Source: Thraustochytrium aureum
Lineage: Eukaryota
Length of the DNA stretch: 64,000 nt
Reading direction: 5' to 3'
Assembly: GCA_012862495.1 (NCBI GenBank)
Contig: BLSG01000058.1
Location: 144,066 to 208,065, forward strand
Shown here: one piece after another, positions 24,901-36,900 of the stretch
How the letters are laid out: the number at the start of each line of letters is the position of its first letter
Position numbering within the stretch: position 1 is the first letter of the stretch
Translations under genes and position numbers: made by a program
The notes under the pieces: generated by a model
Told to the model about the DNA's origin: nothing
The model's input: only the letters and a program-made list of their open reading frames with translations
Databases searched by the model: none

Positions 24901-27900
24901 TGTGCTCTAGCTTTCGCAGGACCTCCATGCCGACGACGAGGGCCTCGAGTACGTGTGCGCGGATCCTCGACATCGAACCGCTGTTGTCAACGAGGAACAA
25001 AACCTCGAGCGGCAAATGCACTTTGCCGCCATCCGCCTTTCCCCTGCACTGGCGAACGGTCTGCTCGACCATGCCAGCGATCGCAGGGCTTCGCAGGAGG
25101 CGGCCGAAAGACCACTCTCGCTCTGTCCTTCTGCGATCCCCCAAGAACTCGTCGCGGAACTCCCTGGGGATTGACATCACCTGGCCTTCCACGAGGTCGC
25201 TCGGGCTCATGTCCTTGTAGATGTCGCCCAGGTCGTTCTCTGCTGCCTTTTCCAGCAACGCAGCGACCTCGTCTGCCCCCACCTGGACCCCGAAACTCGC
25301 TTCCTGCATGCGTCGGCGGTTCGCTTCGTGCTCGTTGGATGATAACGAGACTCCGTCAAGTGCTCCACTCGAGCCCAACGCAGACACGGCCGCCATGGCC
25401 TCGGCGAGACTCGAGAACCGTGGCGTGTTTTGGGTTGGCAGAGCTGCGTGCTGGCGACCTGTTGCGGAACGCGAGGCTAATCTTCCAGCGCGTGAACCAA
25501 AAATTGAGCTGCTGCCGCTACCGATTGCATTTTTGGCTCCACGAATTCTGGGTTGGGCGTCGTTCGAAGGCGTCGACTTGTTGTCGGTCGTGCGTGCTCG
25601 AGGGACGAGTTGGCTGCGCGCGTCGGGTTGGCCTGCTGGCCCGAGACCGAAAGGGACTCCCACCTTCTAAGAGTGTCCTCTGGGGTGGTCTGGGCGCGGA
25701 CCTGTACGAAAGGGTCTTCGTCCGGCGCCCACCGCTCTTTGGTGCTTGAGAGAGGCAAGTCAAAGTCGTCGGGAAACAAAGACGTCCGCCCAGCCTTTGC
25801 TCGCCGGTGGTGGCTCACAAGCGCTATCTGAAGGTCTCGCATCGGCGAACCCTCAAACGTATTCAGAGCGAGGATCCCCTCGACAAAGCCGTCCGGCAAG
25901 AGCCCCATGCCTGCGCCCTCGCCGACGAGCCGCCCGTGCGCGGCGCAGAGCTCGAGCAGCCCCGCGACGGATAGCGCAGCGATCTGCAGTCCGGTGCGCA
26001 CCAAGCTGTTCACGTCGTCCGTGGAGCCCTGGTCGCGGCGAGAGAGTCGGCAGAAAACTTCAAACGCCTGCTCCCACGACAGGGCTGCGCCGCGGAGAAG
26101 TGCGCAAAGCTGGGTCAAATTCGCAGCCAGTGCGCAACCCTCAAGGCGCTGCGCTGCGCCAACACAATTGACGAGCCTCTGTACGAGTTCCTGGCCAGTT
26201 GTCAAGTCAGTGGACATGCACTGCGATTGACGCGCCGAGGCGGCCAGATCTGCGAGACGGGCAGCTAGCTCGCTGCTGAGGCCAAAGCGCCCCCGATAGC
26301 GCATTTGCGCCTCGTCTACACCGATGAGAAGCTCCGAAAAGGCCCGTGCGCTTTCCGCGGCGGTCGCGCCCACCCGCGCCAGCACAGCGTGGATCGCCGT
26401 AGCAGTGCAACTCGTCTCGCTCGTCGGCGGCGGCCGTCTCCTGCTAGCGGGTGCTCTTGGCGTCTCACGCAACGGTGCCGCCTCCACGAAGGCGCGGCCA
26501 CCTCTAAGCGCCTCCGCCAGCCCGAGCAGGCACATCGTCTTCGCAACAGCTTGGGCCCCGCTTGCGTCTTCGGCATCAGGGATACAGATCGAGAGCATGA
26601 CTGAGCCCATCACAAACGTGCGCAAATCCTGCAGAAGCGTCCAGGTCGGTTCGCTCCAGGCCTTGATGGCCTCCGCCGTCCTGTCAAGCCTTGCCAAAGA
26701 CTCGTCCAGGCCGCGATCATCGGCATCTTCGTCCTCATGGTACAGGTTCGTCACTAGGTTGCCAAGCATTGAGGCGTGGACAAACAGCCCGCTCGAGGTT
26801 GAAGTGCTCATTACGGTTCCGAGACGCTCCGCTGGCGCCTTGTCACTGGCGTCAAGCAGCGCCTTCAAGTCTGCCGAGAGGTTCGAGAGGCCAGGGGTCG
26901 ACGCGAGGCAATCCAACACGGCCAGGACCGCCGCCTTGTCCTCGCCGGGCGGGTCGCTTCGCCTCGTGGCAGTGTTCTGCGCGCCGACAGCCTCCAGGAG
27001 TGCCTGAAATGCCCGCACGGGTCCTCGGCAGTCCGCTGGAAGTAGCTGACTGCTGTCGAGTAGGTGATCGATTGCAGCGCAGAGACCTTTGAATGGGTCT
27101 TGGTCTTGCAGGTGTCGCACAATGCAACCTAGAGCGTCGGCTTGTTCTCGCGCCTCGGCTCCTTGCTCCAGCGAGCTCGCATGTATAAGACCTGAGAGAG
27201 CCCGGCACATGTCGCCCATTCCGTTCGCACATGTGAGTGACTGACGGAGGGCCGAAATAGCGGCGGCGCGCCCCTTAACTTCAGTGGACCCGAGCCTGGC
27301 TGCATTGTTGAGAAATTCCCACACGGTGAGCTCGTTGTTGTGAAGCTCGTTGAAAGCCTTGACGAACTCAGATCGCCGATCCTTGTCGCTGATGCACAAC
27401 TCAGCATCGTCGTCGTTGTACACCTGCCTGATGAGCTCGTCCAAAACCTGATCCTTGGCCTCTCGAAGCGCCTCGATTTGATGATGCTGGAGGGCCCGAA
27501 TCCGATCTTGAAGAAAGCCAACTGCCGCAATAGCCTCCAGTCCGGCGTCAGAATCAACGAGCAGTAACGCTTTCACGTCCAGAGCCGCAACATCGTCACT
27601 CTCATCATCGTCGCCATCATCGTCACCGCTCTCTGCGCTGTCGTGAGACGAGCTCAAGGCCTCGAACATCTCGTCGAGCCAGTTCACGATCCGACTGCCG
27701 GTTTCCTGGTCAAGGCGAAAACCGTTCTGATTCCCGCTCATTTCCACAAGGTAAGCAAAGAGCTTGGAGGCCGACTTTTTGGCCGAGCCGGTCCCAAGCA
27801 AGGCCTGCGCTGCCTGATCCTTCGTTTCTTGCGATACGACTTGGCTCTCACCAGCGCGAGAGGCGCCAAGCGCGACGCCCGCGTGTGTCGCAGGCGCGCA

Positions 27901-30900
27901 GTCGACCCACATCTTGAGCACGTTGAGCATCAGCTCGGTCAACCAGAACTCGCGACTGGCTTTGCTCAGCAGCTCTTTGAGCTTGGTCCTTTGTGAGCTG
28001 CGGCGAGGGTCGCTTGGTAGCGATCGACCCGATTTGGATCGGTTAACAATTCGCCGTAAAGAGCGTACCGTACAAGCGGCAGAGCGTCGATTACAGAGCT
28101 AGGAGTCAAGGATTCCAATACCTTGGCCCTGTTCACGCCTCCAAAGGCTACGGCGCTCATCGCACACTGGGCGGTTTCCGTCGTCGGCACTTGCTTGTGC
28201 GCCGCAACGAGAAACGGGTCGAGCCAGACAACACTTTCGTCCGGCGATTCCGCAAGCATGCCCTGGAGAAGTGCGAGCAGGTCCTTGACAGTGACCGTCT
28301 TTTGGACAACTGCGTGAGCTGCGAGGCACGCCTTCGAAGAGCTGTCCACCAGCGTAGGTCCCGCAGCTGCCAGCGATGCCGCAACCAAAGCTTGAAAGGT
28401 CGCGGGACACATTTGATTTCCCTCCAAGCAGGACGTGACCAACAGACGGCTCACCTCGTCGCCCGGCGCCTCCACGTTCAGATCCCTTTCGACCGTCGCG
28501 ACCAAGCGAATCACAGCTTCCACGGCCCCACCAAGCGTTTTCGAGTCGGCTCTGCTGCTCCGGGGAAACCCGGCGGCGTCGAACCACAAGGCTGCGGCCG
28601 TTCGTCCGACGGTATTTGCGCCAAGAGCAGCGTCAAGCATCGTTTCAACAGCGAGTGCGCCCTCACCGGCAGAGGCTTGAACAAAGTCGCGCCACCGCTG
28701 CGGGAGCGAATTGCCGAACATGGCGCTCGGCGACCCGATGCAGGCGTCGATTGCCAGCAGTCGAGCGCCATGCTCTGCTGCTGCGTCGAGGTCGTCGCCG
28801 CTTTCATACATTTGCACTGCTGTAGTCAGGCCAAGCCAACCTTGGGCGTAGCAGCGTCGCCAGCACGGCGCCTTGACCAGCTGGAAAACTGCACCAAGGT
28901 CCTCGTTGGCCAGCACTGGCTCGAGAGCGGCATGTAGAGCTTCACCGTTGACTCCAGGGAACAGAGCAGCAAGCTCGGAAGCGGAGAGCTCCGCGTCCGC
29001 CTCACCCGTCGCGCTGGCACCTTCCCCAGTCACACCAAAGGAGAGGACAGCTAAAGCGCGAACGAGGCTGTGGAGGCTGCCTTCGGCCATGCTCACGAGA
29101 AACTTGGCCGGTACGGCCCCAGCGCGTGCAGCCCAAGGGTTCCCGGAACTGCTAGCGCGTTTGGCGAGTGCCTCCTTCGCTTTTTCTCCGACGCGGACGA
29201 GGAGGCTGTGGCGCACAGACTCCTGCCAGAAGCCAGCGCCATCCACGAAGCCCTCGTTTGTTGCTTCGAAGACGATCAAAACTAGCCAGACACGGCGCTC
29301 CGCGCGTTCTCCCGCCGCGGCGTCCGGGTCTTGTGACTGGCCGTCGTCCTCGCGCGGCGCGAGTTCAAACTTGAGATCCCACTGCTCGGCAGCGCCGACC
29401 ATTAATGTGCGGTGTGTCGAGTCAGGCTGCGTTGAGGGCAGGCATGAGAGTGACGACAGACCGGAGCCCCCCTCTAGTATACGCGCTTCGATGAACCGGT
29501 ATTCCAGACCGCTCCTAAAGCCTGCGTTAGCGACGACGAAACTCCCCGCCTGGCTCTCCTCGTCTATCGACAATTCGACGATCGGCGCTGTGGGCTTCCA
29601 GCTAATCTTCCCTCTTTTGCCGCCAGACTTGCGAGCCTCTCTCTTTGGAACTGGCGCGCTCCGGAACGAGAGTCGCGGCAGCTCGACGTCGAGCTGCACG
29701 GAGACGTTGACCTTCGTCGCACGAGCAGCGGCCCCTCCGCCGACTGAACTCGCCAAAAGGGTTGATGTGACCTTGTCGCGCAATAGCGCACTGGGCCAAA
29801 CCCGAACTTCCAAGTCCGCAGATTCATTCGGCTGTAGAGTGTGTTGCTTCACGAGCTGGACCATGGCACCGAGAGGCGAAGTCAACAGGACTTGAATTTG
29901 GCTCTTGTTGTGAACCCTCAGGGTTCCATCGGCCGCCACGAGCCGATCGCCAGCGCGCAGTGTGGGGAGCACAACGCGCCGCACTGAATCGGCGTTCAAG
30001 AGGAGCGCAGGTGCGACCGCGGCGTGTAACTCGACTCGAACGTCTTCCATGCCGATTGGACGGAGTCGGAGGCATCCTTTCACTTGTCGCATGTTCGCTC
30101 TCGTCCCACCAGGTGTGGAGTAGCCACTGCGAGGGACGACGAGAACCCGCACGCTCGCGGACTCCAAAGGCCCCAAGTGCACTTCCTTCGTCAAAAGGAC
30201 AAGTGAATCCTCTGGGCCGTCGTTCTCCACCTCGACGGAAATCCTCAGCGGCAGCGCGGCGAAGTTGCTGATGGCGAGCCGGCCCTCGCCAAGCTCGCTG
30301 GCCGTAACTCCCGCAAGGTCGTGGGAGTTGCAAACGCTAACACCGGCGTAGGCGAGAGTGAGATTGTCTCCAGCGTCCGAGCTAGAGACAAGGTTGATCG
30401 TCCCAAACGCCCACTCCGTGCTGACGAGGGCATCCGGTGCTGCTTTTGCCCTTCCGTCACGTTTCACATTGAACGAGTCCTTGGAGACGTGCTTCGACCT
30501 TGGGTTCCCTACCCCGCGGCCCCGTCCCTCTCCTTTCACCCAAACTTCTGAGGCGGTCGCGGCCAGTAGAGGACCTGAGTTGGACCGATCTCCACGCGAG
30601 TACCAGAGCACCCCGCTTGATGTAAAGGACCCTCCTGAAGATGTTGCCGAGGAGAAGCACATGTCTGAAGGGAGCCGAAGAGCCTCCGTCGGGGCCCCTG
30701 TATGCTGCTCCAACGGCACGGCGGAAACAGAAAAGCACGGTAGCAGGAGCTCCCCGACCAGCCCGACCTTTACAAAGTTGTTTGCGTCGACGCAGATGAG
30801 GATGGCGCCCTCAATGCGCCTGCCGCGCAATGTGCTCAAGGAGAGGCTAATATCGCGCTCACCGGGCGCGTCGCCGCGTTCTTGGGCTCCTGGAACCCAG

Positions 30901-33900
30901 AGGTGGAGGATGCCGGACTCTCCCGCGCCTTCGATCGTTACCTTGGCTGAAATCGGGGTCGTCTCTACCGCGATCTTGACCAGGATTGGCATCTTGCCAG
31001 GATTGATCAGCTTCAGCTCGCGATCGACGGTCGAGGCCGGGCTGCAGGCCGCAGGCAGATCGCCAAAGTCAAGGACAGGCGGGCTCACGCGCAGAACGCG
31101 CTGCTCGACGGTAGCTCGAACCTCAAGATACGCGCCGCCATCCTCGGCCACTTGCCAGCCGTCATCGGCAGCTTTGGTTCTCTCGACACGCAGTTGAGCT
31201 GCGAAGCGATGGTCTCCCACAGAAGTGCTGCAGTCCAGCAAGCAGCTCACCTCTGCTGTCGAACCACCCCGAACGACAAGCGCGTCCGGCGACAAGGCCA
31301 GAGGCACGTCCGCAACTGGGTGAGCGGACTCGTTGCCGTCGCCGTCGGCAATCAAGTTCACAGGCTCTGCCGTCGAAAGGACCACGCGAAGGTCGTCACG
31401 AGTGCTGTTTGAAATGACCAGCGTTGCCCGCGCTTGGGTTTCGCCTTGAAGCAGCGTCCCGAAAGCAAGCTCGCAGCGCGGGCTCGCAAAGCGAATCTGC
31501 TGATCTGCAGGCGAGGCCACAATTGACATGCGCTGCACGAGAGTTGGCCTGTGGTCGGTAGTCTGTAGAACGGCGGTTTGCTCTTCAGCCGACATAGACA
31601 CAGCCAGCTCCGCGCCTTTTTCTCGAACAACACGAGCATCTTTGGATTGCCCATGCCTGAGGAGGAGCGCTCCAGCGCGATCAGCTCCATCCGAAAGAAT
31701 TTCAGCGCGAAGCTGTTGCACGTCGTTCCACTCAGCGCTGCCCACACCACAAGCCTTCCCAATGTCGAACAAAAACCTGTCGCTGATGTTGCGCGCGAGA
31801 CCCCGGAGAGACTTGGCGTCGTCCTTTGCGGAGAAAGGGATTGCGTTGGCGTAGTATACCACCGCGCTTGTCACCGCGCGCGGGAGGACCTTGAAGAGAA
31901 ACTCGACAAGGTAGCCCCTCAGCTCCTCGAGCATCCTTTGCTCGGTTTGCAGATGGCCGCGAATGTGCTTGCGAAGCGCGGCAATGTCCAGATGGAAGAT
32001 GGAGAACAAGAAAGGCTCCCTGATTCGCTCAACAGCGTCATGTGCGGCGTTCAGGAGCCTTACGAGTTTGCCCACTGCATTGCCCGCCGCCTTGGGCGAC
32101 CAAGTTTCAAGCACCATTTCGTTATCGTCTCGAAAAGGTACGCCGGCGAGGGCGGAGACAGCGTGCACATGCGGACGTAACAGCTCTGTGTCGCTGCCTG
32201 CGCGCATCTCTCCCAGTGCGGATCTCAAGACTTGAAGCGACCGCGACAACTTGTCGGATAGAGCGGCACGGGCACTGAACACCTGAAGCGCGGCTTTCAC
32301 CGCGTTTTCCGCAAGACTGGGCCTAGCGCGGTTCTCGCGCGAGAATTCAGCCTCGACATTCTGTACCTTTGCCTCAAAGCTGCTCCTGGACGGGGCCGGT
32401 ACGTAAGCCGGATATGGCCTGCATTTCCTCCAGTCAGCCTGTGCTTCGTCAATGCTCTTCAGAACCTCGAGCCAGGCTTTCGCGCTGTGGCGGGGCCCCA
32501 CCACTTTTGTGACGAAATCCGTCAACTGTTTGAGCACCGAACCCGTTTCTTTGGCAAGGAAAGGCGGGCGATTGCCCCTCGATTTCTTGAACTTGAAAAC
32601 GCAGTCTAGCTTGACGGGATTTGTGCGCGCGTCGGCCGCCTTGGCGCGAAAGAAGCGTCTGATCGGTTGCGGTGCGACTGGGGGGAGCTCGTCAACCTCG
32701 AGCTCTAGATCTAGCACAGCCGATCCAGCGTTGTTGAGGGCCACCTTGTAGGTCTGTGGGCCTTTCTCGGTTCCATTCGGTGCAGTCAGCTTCAACGCGA
32801 TGAAGCTCTCCCGAATCGAGGGCTCTACGACCAGAACTTTGCCACCTTCGAGCAGCCGCGTCCCTGCAGGCAGGAACGCGGCTGTCTTTGCCCTCGCTGT
32901 CGCCTTGAGATCGACTCGTTTCACGAAGTGGACGAAGTGGCCTTGGAACTCGCCTTGGAGACTTGCTGGGAGGGCAGTGACAAGTTCATTGAACGTTTCC
33001 TCGGGAAAGTGCGCTTCATTTGCGAACGAATGGTGCGCAATCGAAGCGATCGTGTCTCTGCGAGCCGCGACAAACTCCCCTTCAAAGCTCCGCCACGCTT
33101 CCAACTTGGCTGCATTTTCTCTCCGCACACGTTCAGCCCTCTCCGTCTCGCGCTTATATTCTGCCTCCATCTGTTCGATCCTCGTCCTCAGATTTTCTCG
33201 CGCTTTCATCTCCGCCGTCTGCAGAAACGCGTTGACGACATCCTGCACAACTGCGCCATCGAACTTGGTCTGATTGGCGAAGCTTTGCTCGAAGACCTGA
33301 ACTGCAGAAAGACCGGCTTGAAGCGAGACCTCGCGCTTGCGCCTGCCTACGTTGTCCTCGAAGGCCATGAGCTGATCGAGGCTGTCCAAAATGGGATGTT
33401 CGTCGTCGACGTCGGCGCCGAGCACGCCGGCGGCTGCCTCTGCCGCCGCGCAGTACGTGCCAACGAGAATGACATGTGGTTGGCACGGTTCTCCCAGAAT
33501 GATCGCTTGCGCGCCGACTGTTACGGCGTGAAAGGCGTGTGCTGCTACGAGAGCGGTCGGGAGGGTTTTCGCTCGCAGCGCCTCTGCTCCAGCGCCGCTT
33601 CGCAACGAGCCAGGGAGCGCCGCCCAACGCGGATGCCCGCCGAGCGGAAATACCTCGAGCACATCCACGACCCGCAGGCCCTCGGGCATGCGCTCGAGAT
33701 CCAGGCTGCCTTCGAGAGCCGCGTTCACCAGAGCACATGCGTACAAAGCAGCCTCGTTTGCCACCGCGTAGGCTCCTTGTTGGACTTTGGAGCGAACCTC
33801 TGGCGTGATGGAAAGACGCCGCGTTGCATCAAGTACGCGCTTGGCCAAACACAGCCCCGCATCTGACACGGCCCGCGCGTGCTTGACCGCAGGCTTTACA

Positions 33901-36900
33901 GACCTGAGATCCTCAAGCATGGCACCCTTGACCGTCTCGACAAAGCTGTTTTCCACTTCCCGCAATGACTCGTCGCTTGCTCGAAGTGGCTGCAGCAGGT
34001 ATTGATTGACGAGCTTGCCCACGTAGGCGAGGGCCAGGGATGTCTGGCTATGCTTGTGGAGCGCCTGCTGCAGCATGCGGTGGAGTTGGAACGCGCTGGA
34101 CGGGCGCCTGAACACGTCGACCAAGACAAGCGCGGCCGGAGCTTCGCAGAGTACCTGGGCTCTCGAGCTACGGAGTTGGCGGACAATCCGCGTGACGTCA
34201 CTAGCCCAGTCCATCGCGAGAAAGTACGCGTCCTCGTCCTCGATGCGCCGCTTGAATGTGTCCAAGAGCGGCTGGAGCTCGGCGCGGTTCGCCCATGCAA
34301 TCGCCGCATACTGGAGCAGCGCAAACACGAATTGCGACGCGAAGCTCCGTGCGACCGAGGCCACTGTGCAGGCGGCCTCTGTGGCGATGACGCGGAATTC
34401 GTCCAGCTTGTCACACTCTGAGCGTACTCGTTCCGTCCACGCCTCGATGTCTCGGACCGGCACCGGGTCCCCCAGGCACGCCTCCTCCACGTCACCTAGA
34501 GCAGAATTCAACTGCGTACACAGGAGCACAAGGTTGCTCTGGTAATTCTCGCCAGTCGATCGACACCGTGCCACGGCGTCCCACATGTCGAGGAGGCTGA
34601 TGCTGGCTTTGAATCGCTTCTCAGCGCTGCGAATGGTACTTTGCTGCGTTGTCCCCTTCTCCGTCTCCAGGAACTTGTTGACGCGTCGTGTGACATCCTC
34701 TCGCGCAGCGTCGAACCACCTGTCGACGGAGGGAGAAAGCACATCCGTTGTGACGCACCCTGTCAAAAGCTTGATCTCAAGCCAAGCAAGGCCAGCTTGC
34801 AACGGGGACCAGTCCTCGAGACGAGTGACAGAGCCTTCGGCCTTCCCCAAGGCATCACCAACCATGCGAACCGCCGCGAGCAGCCCTGCCTTCGCCAGCT
34901 CCTCGATCGGAAGCTTGTCAACCGCTCCCTCTACCTCCTCGAGGATGTTAATGGCATGAGACTGCTCAGTTCGAGTGCTCTGCAGGAGCTGAGCCTCGAC
35001 AGTTGATTGGGCGCGAAGGAGAAGGCGGAGGCACTTCTGGCCCAACTCGGAGCTAGACTCGTATCCTGCAAGACCCAAAGCGGCATGAACGACAGAGACC
35101 ACGGCGAGAGGAGCCCTGGCAATCCCGCTGTAACGAAAGCAGCCGGGAGGAAAATCTGCGATAGCGAGACCGACGCCGCTTTCCAGGGCGGTGACCTGTT
35201 TGACCGTGTCAAACTCTTGCAGAATGCCACGAGAACGAATGAGTGCGAGAGGGTCTTCGCACTTGTCTACGGTGCCAATGCCCGATCCCGAAAGTGTTTT
35301 TGAGGGCTCACCACCGAACAAGCAAGTCGCGACTGTTGCTTGCTCGACCTGTGCGGCGAGCTCGCTGAGCAGCTCGTGAGATATCGCGAGGTTCTTGAGC
35401 GCGGCGGCCTGCACGGCCTTTAAGGCCGTTCCCAGCTCTTCGCTTTCGGAAGGCCCTGCTAACTTGCGCTGGGCGTTCTCCACACAGTAGAGCGCTTCTT
35501 GAGCGCCACGCTCGGCGCGCCAGGCGCTAGCTTCAATCATCGTGCTCATCTCGCGGCACGCCGTTTGCCGTCGAGACGGGTCCTCTTCAGCAATCACAGC
35601 AAGATCCAGAAGCCGAGCCCAGCCCCTGCATTGCGCTGCATGACGCTCAAGATCAAGCTCTGGTCGAACGTCTTGTTTTCGATGCAGGGCAGAAGGGTCG
35701 CTGTTCTCGACACCGAGGCCCACCGCAACGTCTTGAAGCGCACTGGCGAGGTGGCCACTTCGAAGTCGAGCGGGAAGCCTCTGCAAGAAAGCTCGGTCAG
35801 AGCGTGCTTGGTCTCGCGAGTACTCGGCTTTGCGCTGCATCTGGTCAAGCTGGCCAGCAGCCCCTTCGACGCTACCGCGGCGGTTAACGATACTGTCTTT
35901 CAGCTGTGCCAGCTGTTCGCGCTCATCCGCAGACCACGCGAGAGCCTCGAGAGCTTTGAGCCGCAAAGCCAAGCTTTGCCATTGGCCATCGATCTCGCTG
36001 GGAGACACAGTTTGGTTGGTGTTTGCTTGAGCTGGGTCGGGCTTGCTCTCTGCGTCGCCCGCGGCAAACTGCTCCTCTCCTTGGTCAGCTGGAAGGAGCC
36101 GGGAGGTCTGCTCAAAGCGAAGCGGTCCGCCCTCGTCTCCGAGGTCCGACATTGCAGCACCGGCTTTGCTCTCGAGTTCCGAATCCACCGCCGCTCGGGA
36201 GATCGAGGTCGTCAGATGCGCGCGCTCCTCGCCAAGATGGCCAAGCGCAGCACCTACTACGCCGGGCAATTTGGCGGACGCCTTTGCAATCCTGCACAGA
36301 TCCCCAACGCTCGTCTCGGATGAGAAGCATCGTTCAAGCGCCAGAGCAGCGCTGTCTCGGGCAAACGCGCACGTCTCCCAAACAAGCGCGACAGCCGCAT
36401 GCCGCCTTTGAGCAGCGCAGTCCGTTGCGACGCGCTTGGTCTGTGCCACCAAATCCTCGATTCTGGCAATTCGGTGCAAGAAGCTGTCTTCAGAGGCACG
36501 CTCGAGCGCTGTCTGGAGTTGATTGGCCTGAACGGGGTCTAGGCTGGCAACGAGCCCCAAAGCCTCCCGCTCAAGCTGCTCTCGTCTGCTTCGTCGCATG
36601 CGGCCGACCTCTTGGCACTGTAGTACTCCATCGAGGGCCTTGGCGAAATTCGAGTCCAGGACCGACGCCTCTAGTTTCGCGATCGGTTCTACAGCGCGAA
36701 GGAGCCGCCTGTGCAGATCGGCCACTGGGCCACGCTCGCGCTCTACAGTGCAGTCCGGCAGCACGATACCAGCCAGCGAATCTTGCGATTCAGCCTGATC
36801 GACCTCGTCTGTGACCAGGCCGCCAATTGCCCCCTTGGCCGTCAATTTCACCTTGAGATTACGAAGGGCAGACCACAGATCTTCTTCAGAGGTGGTCGCT

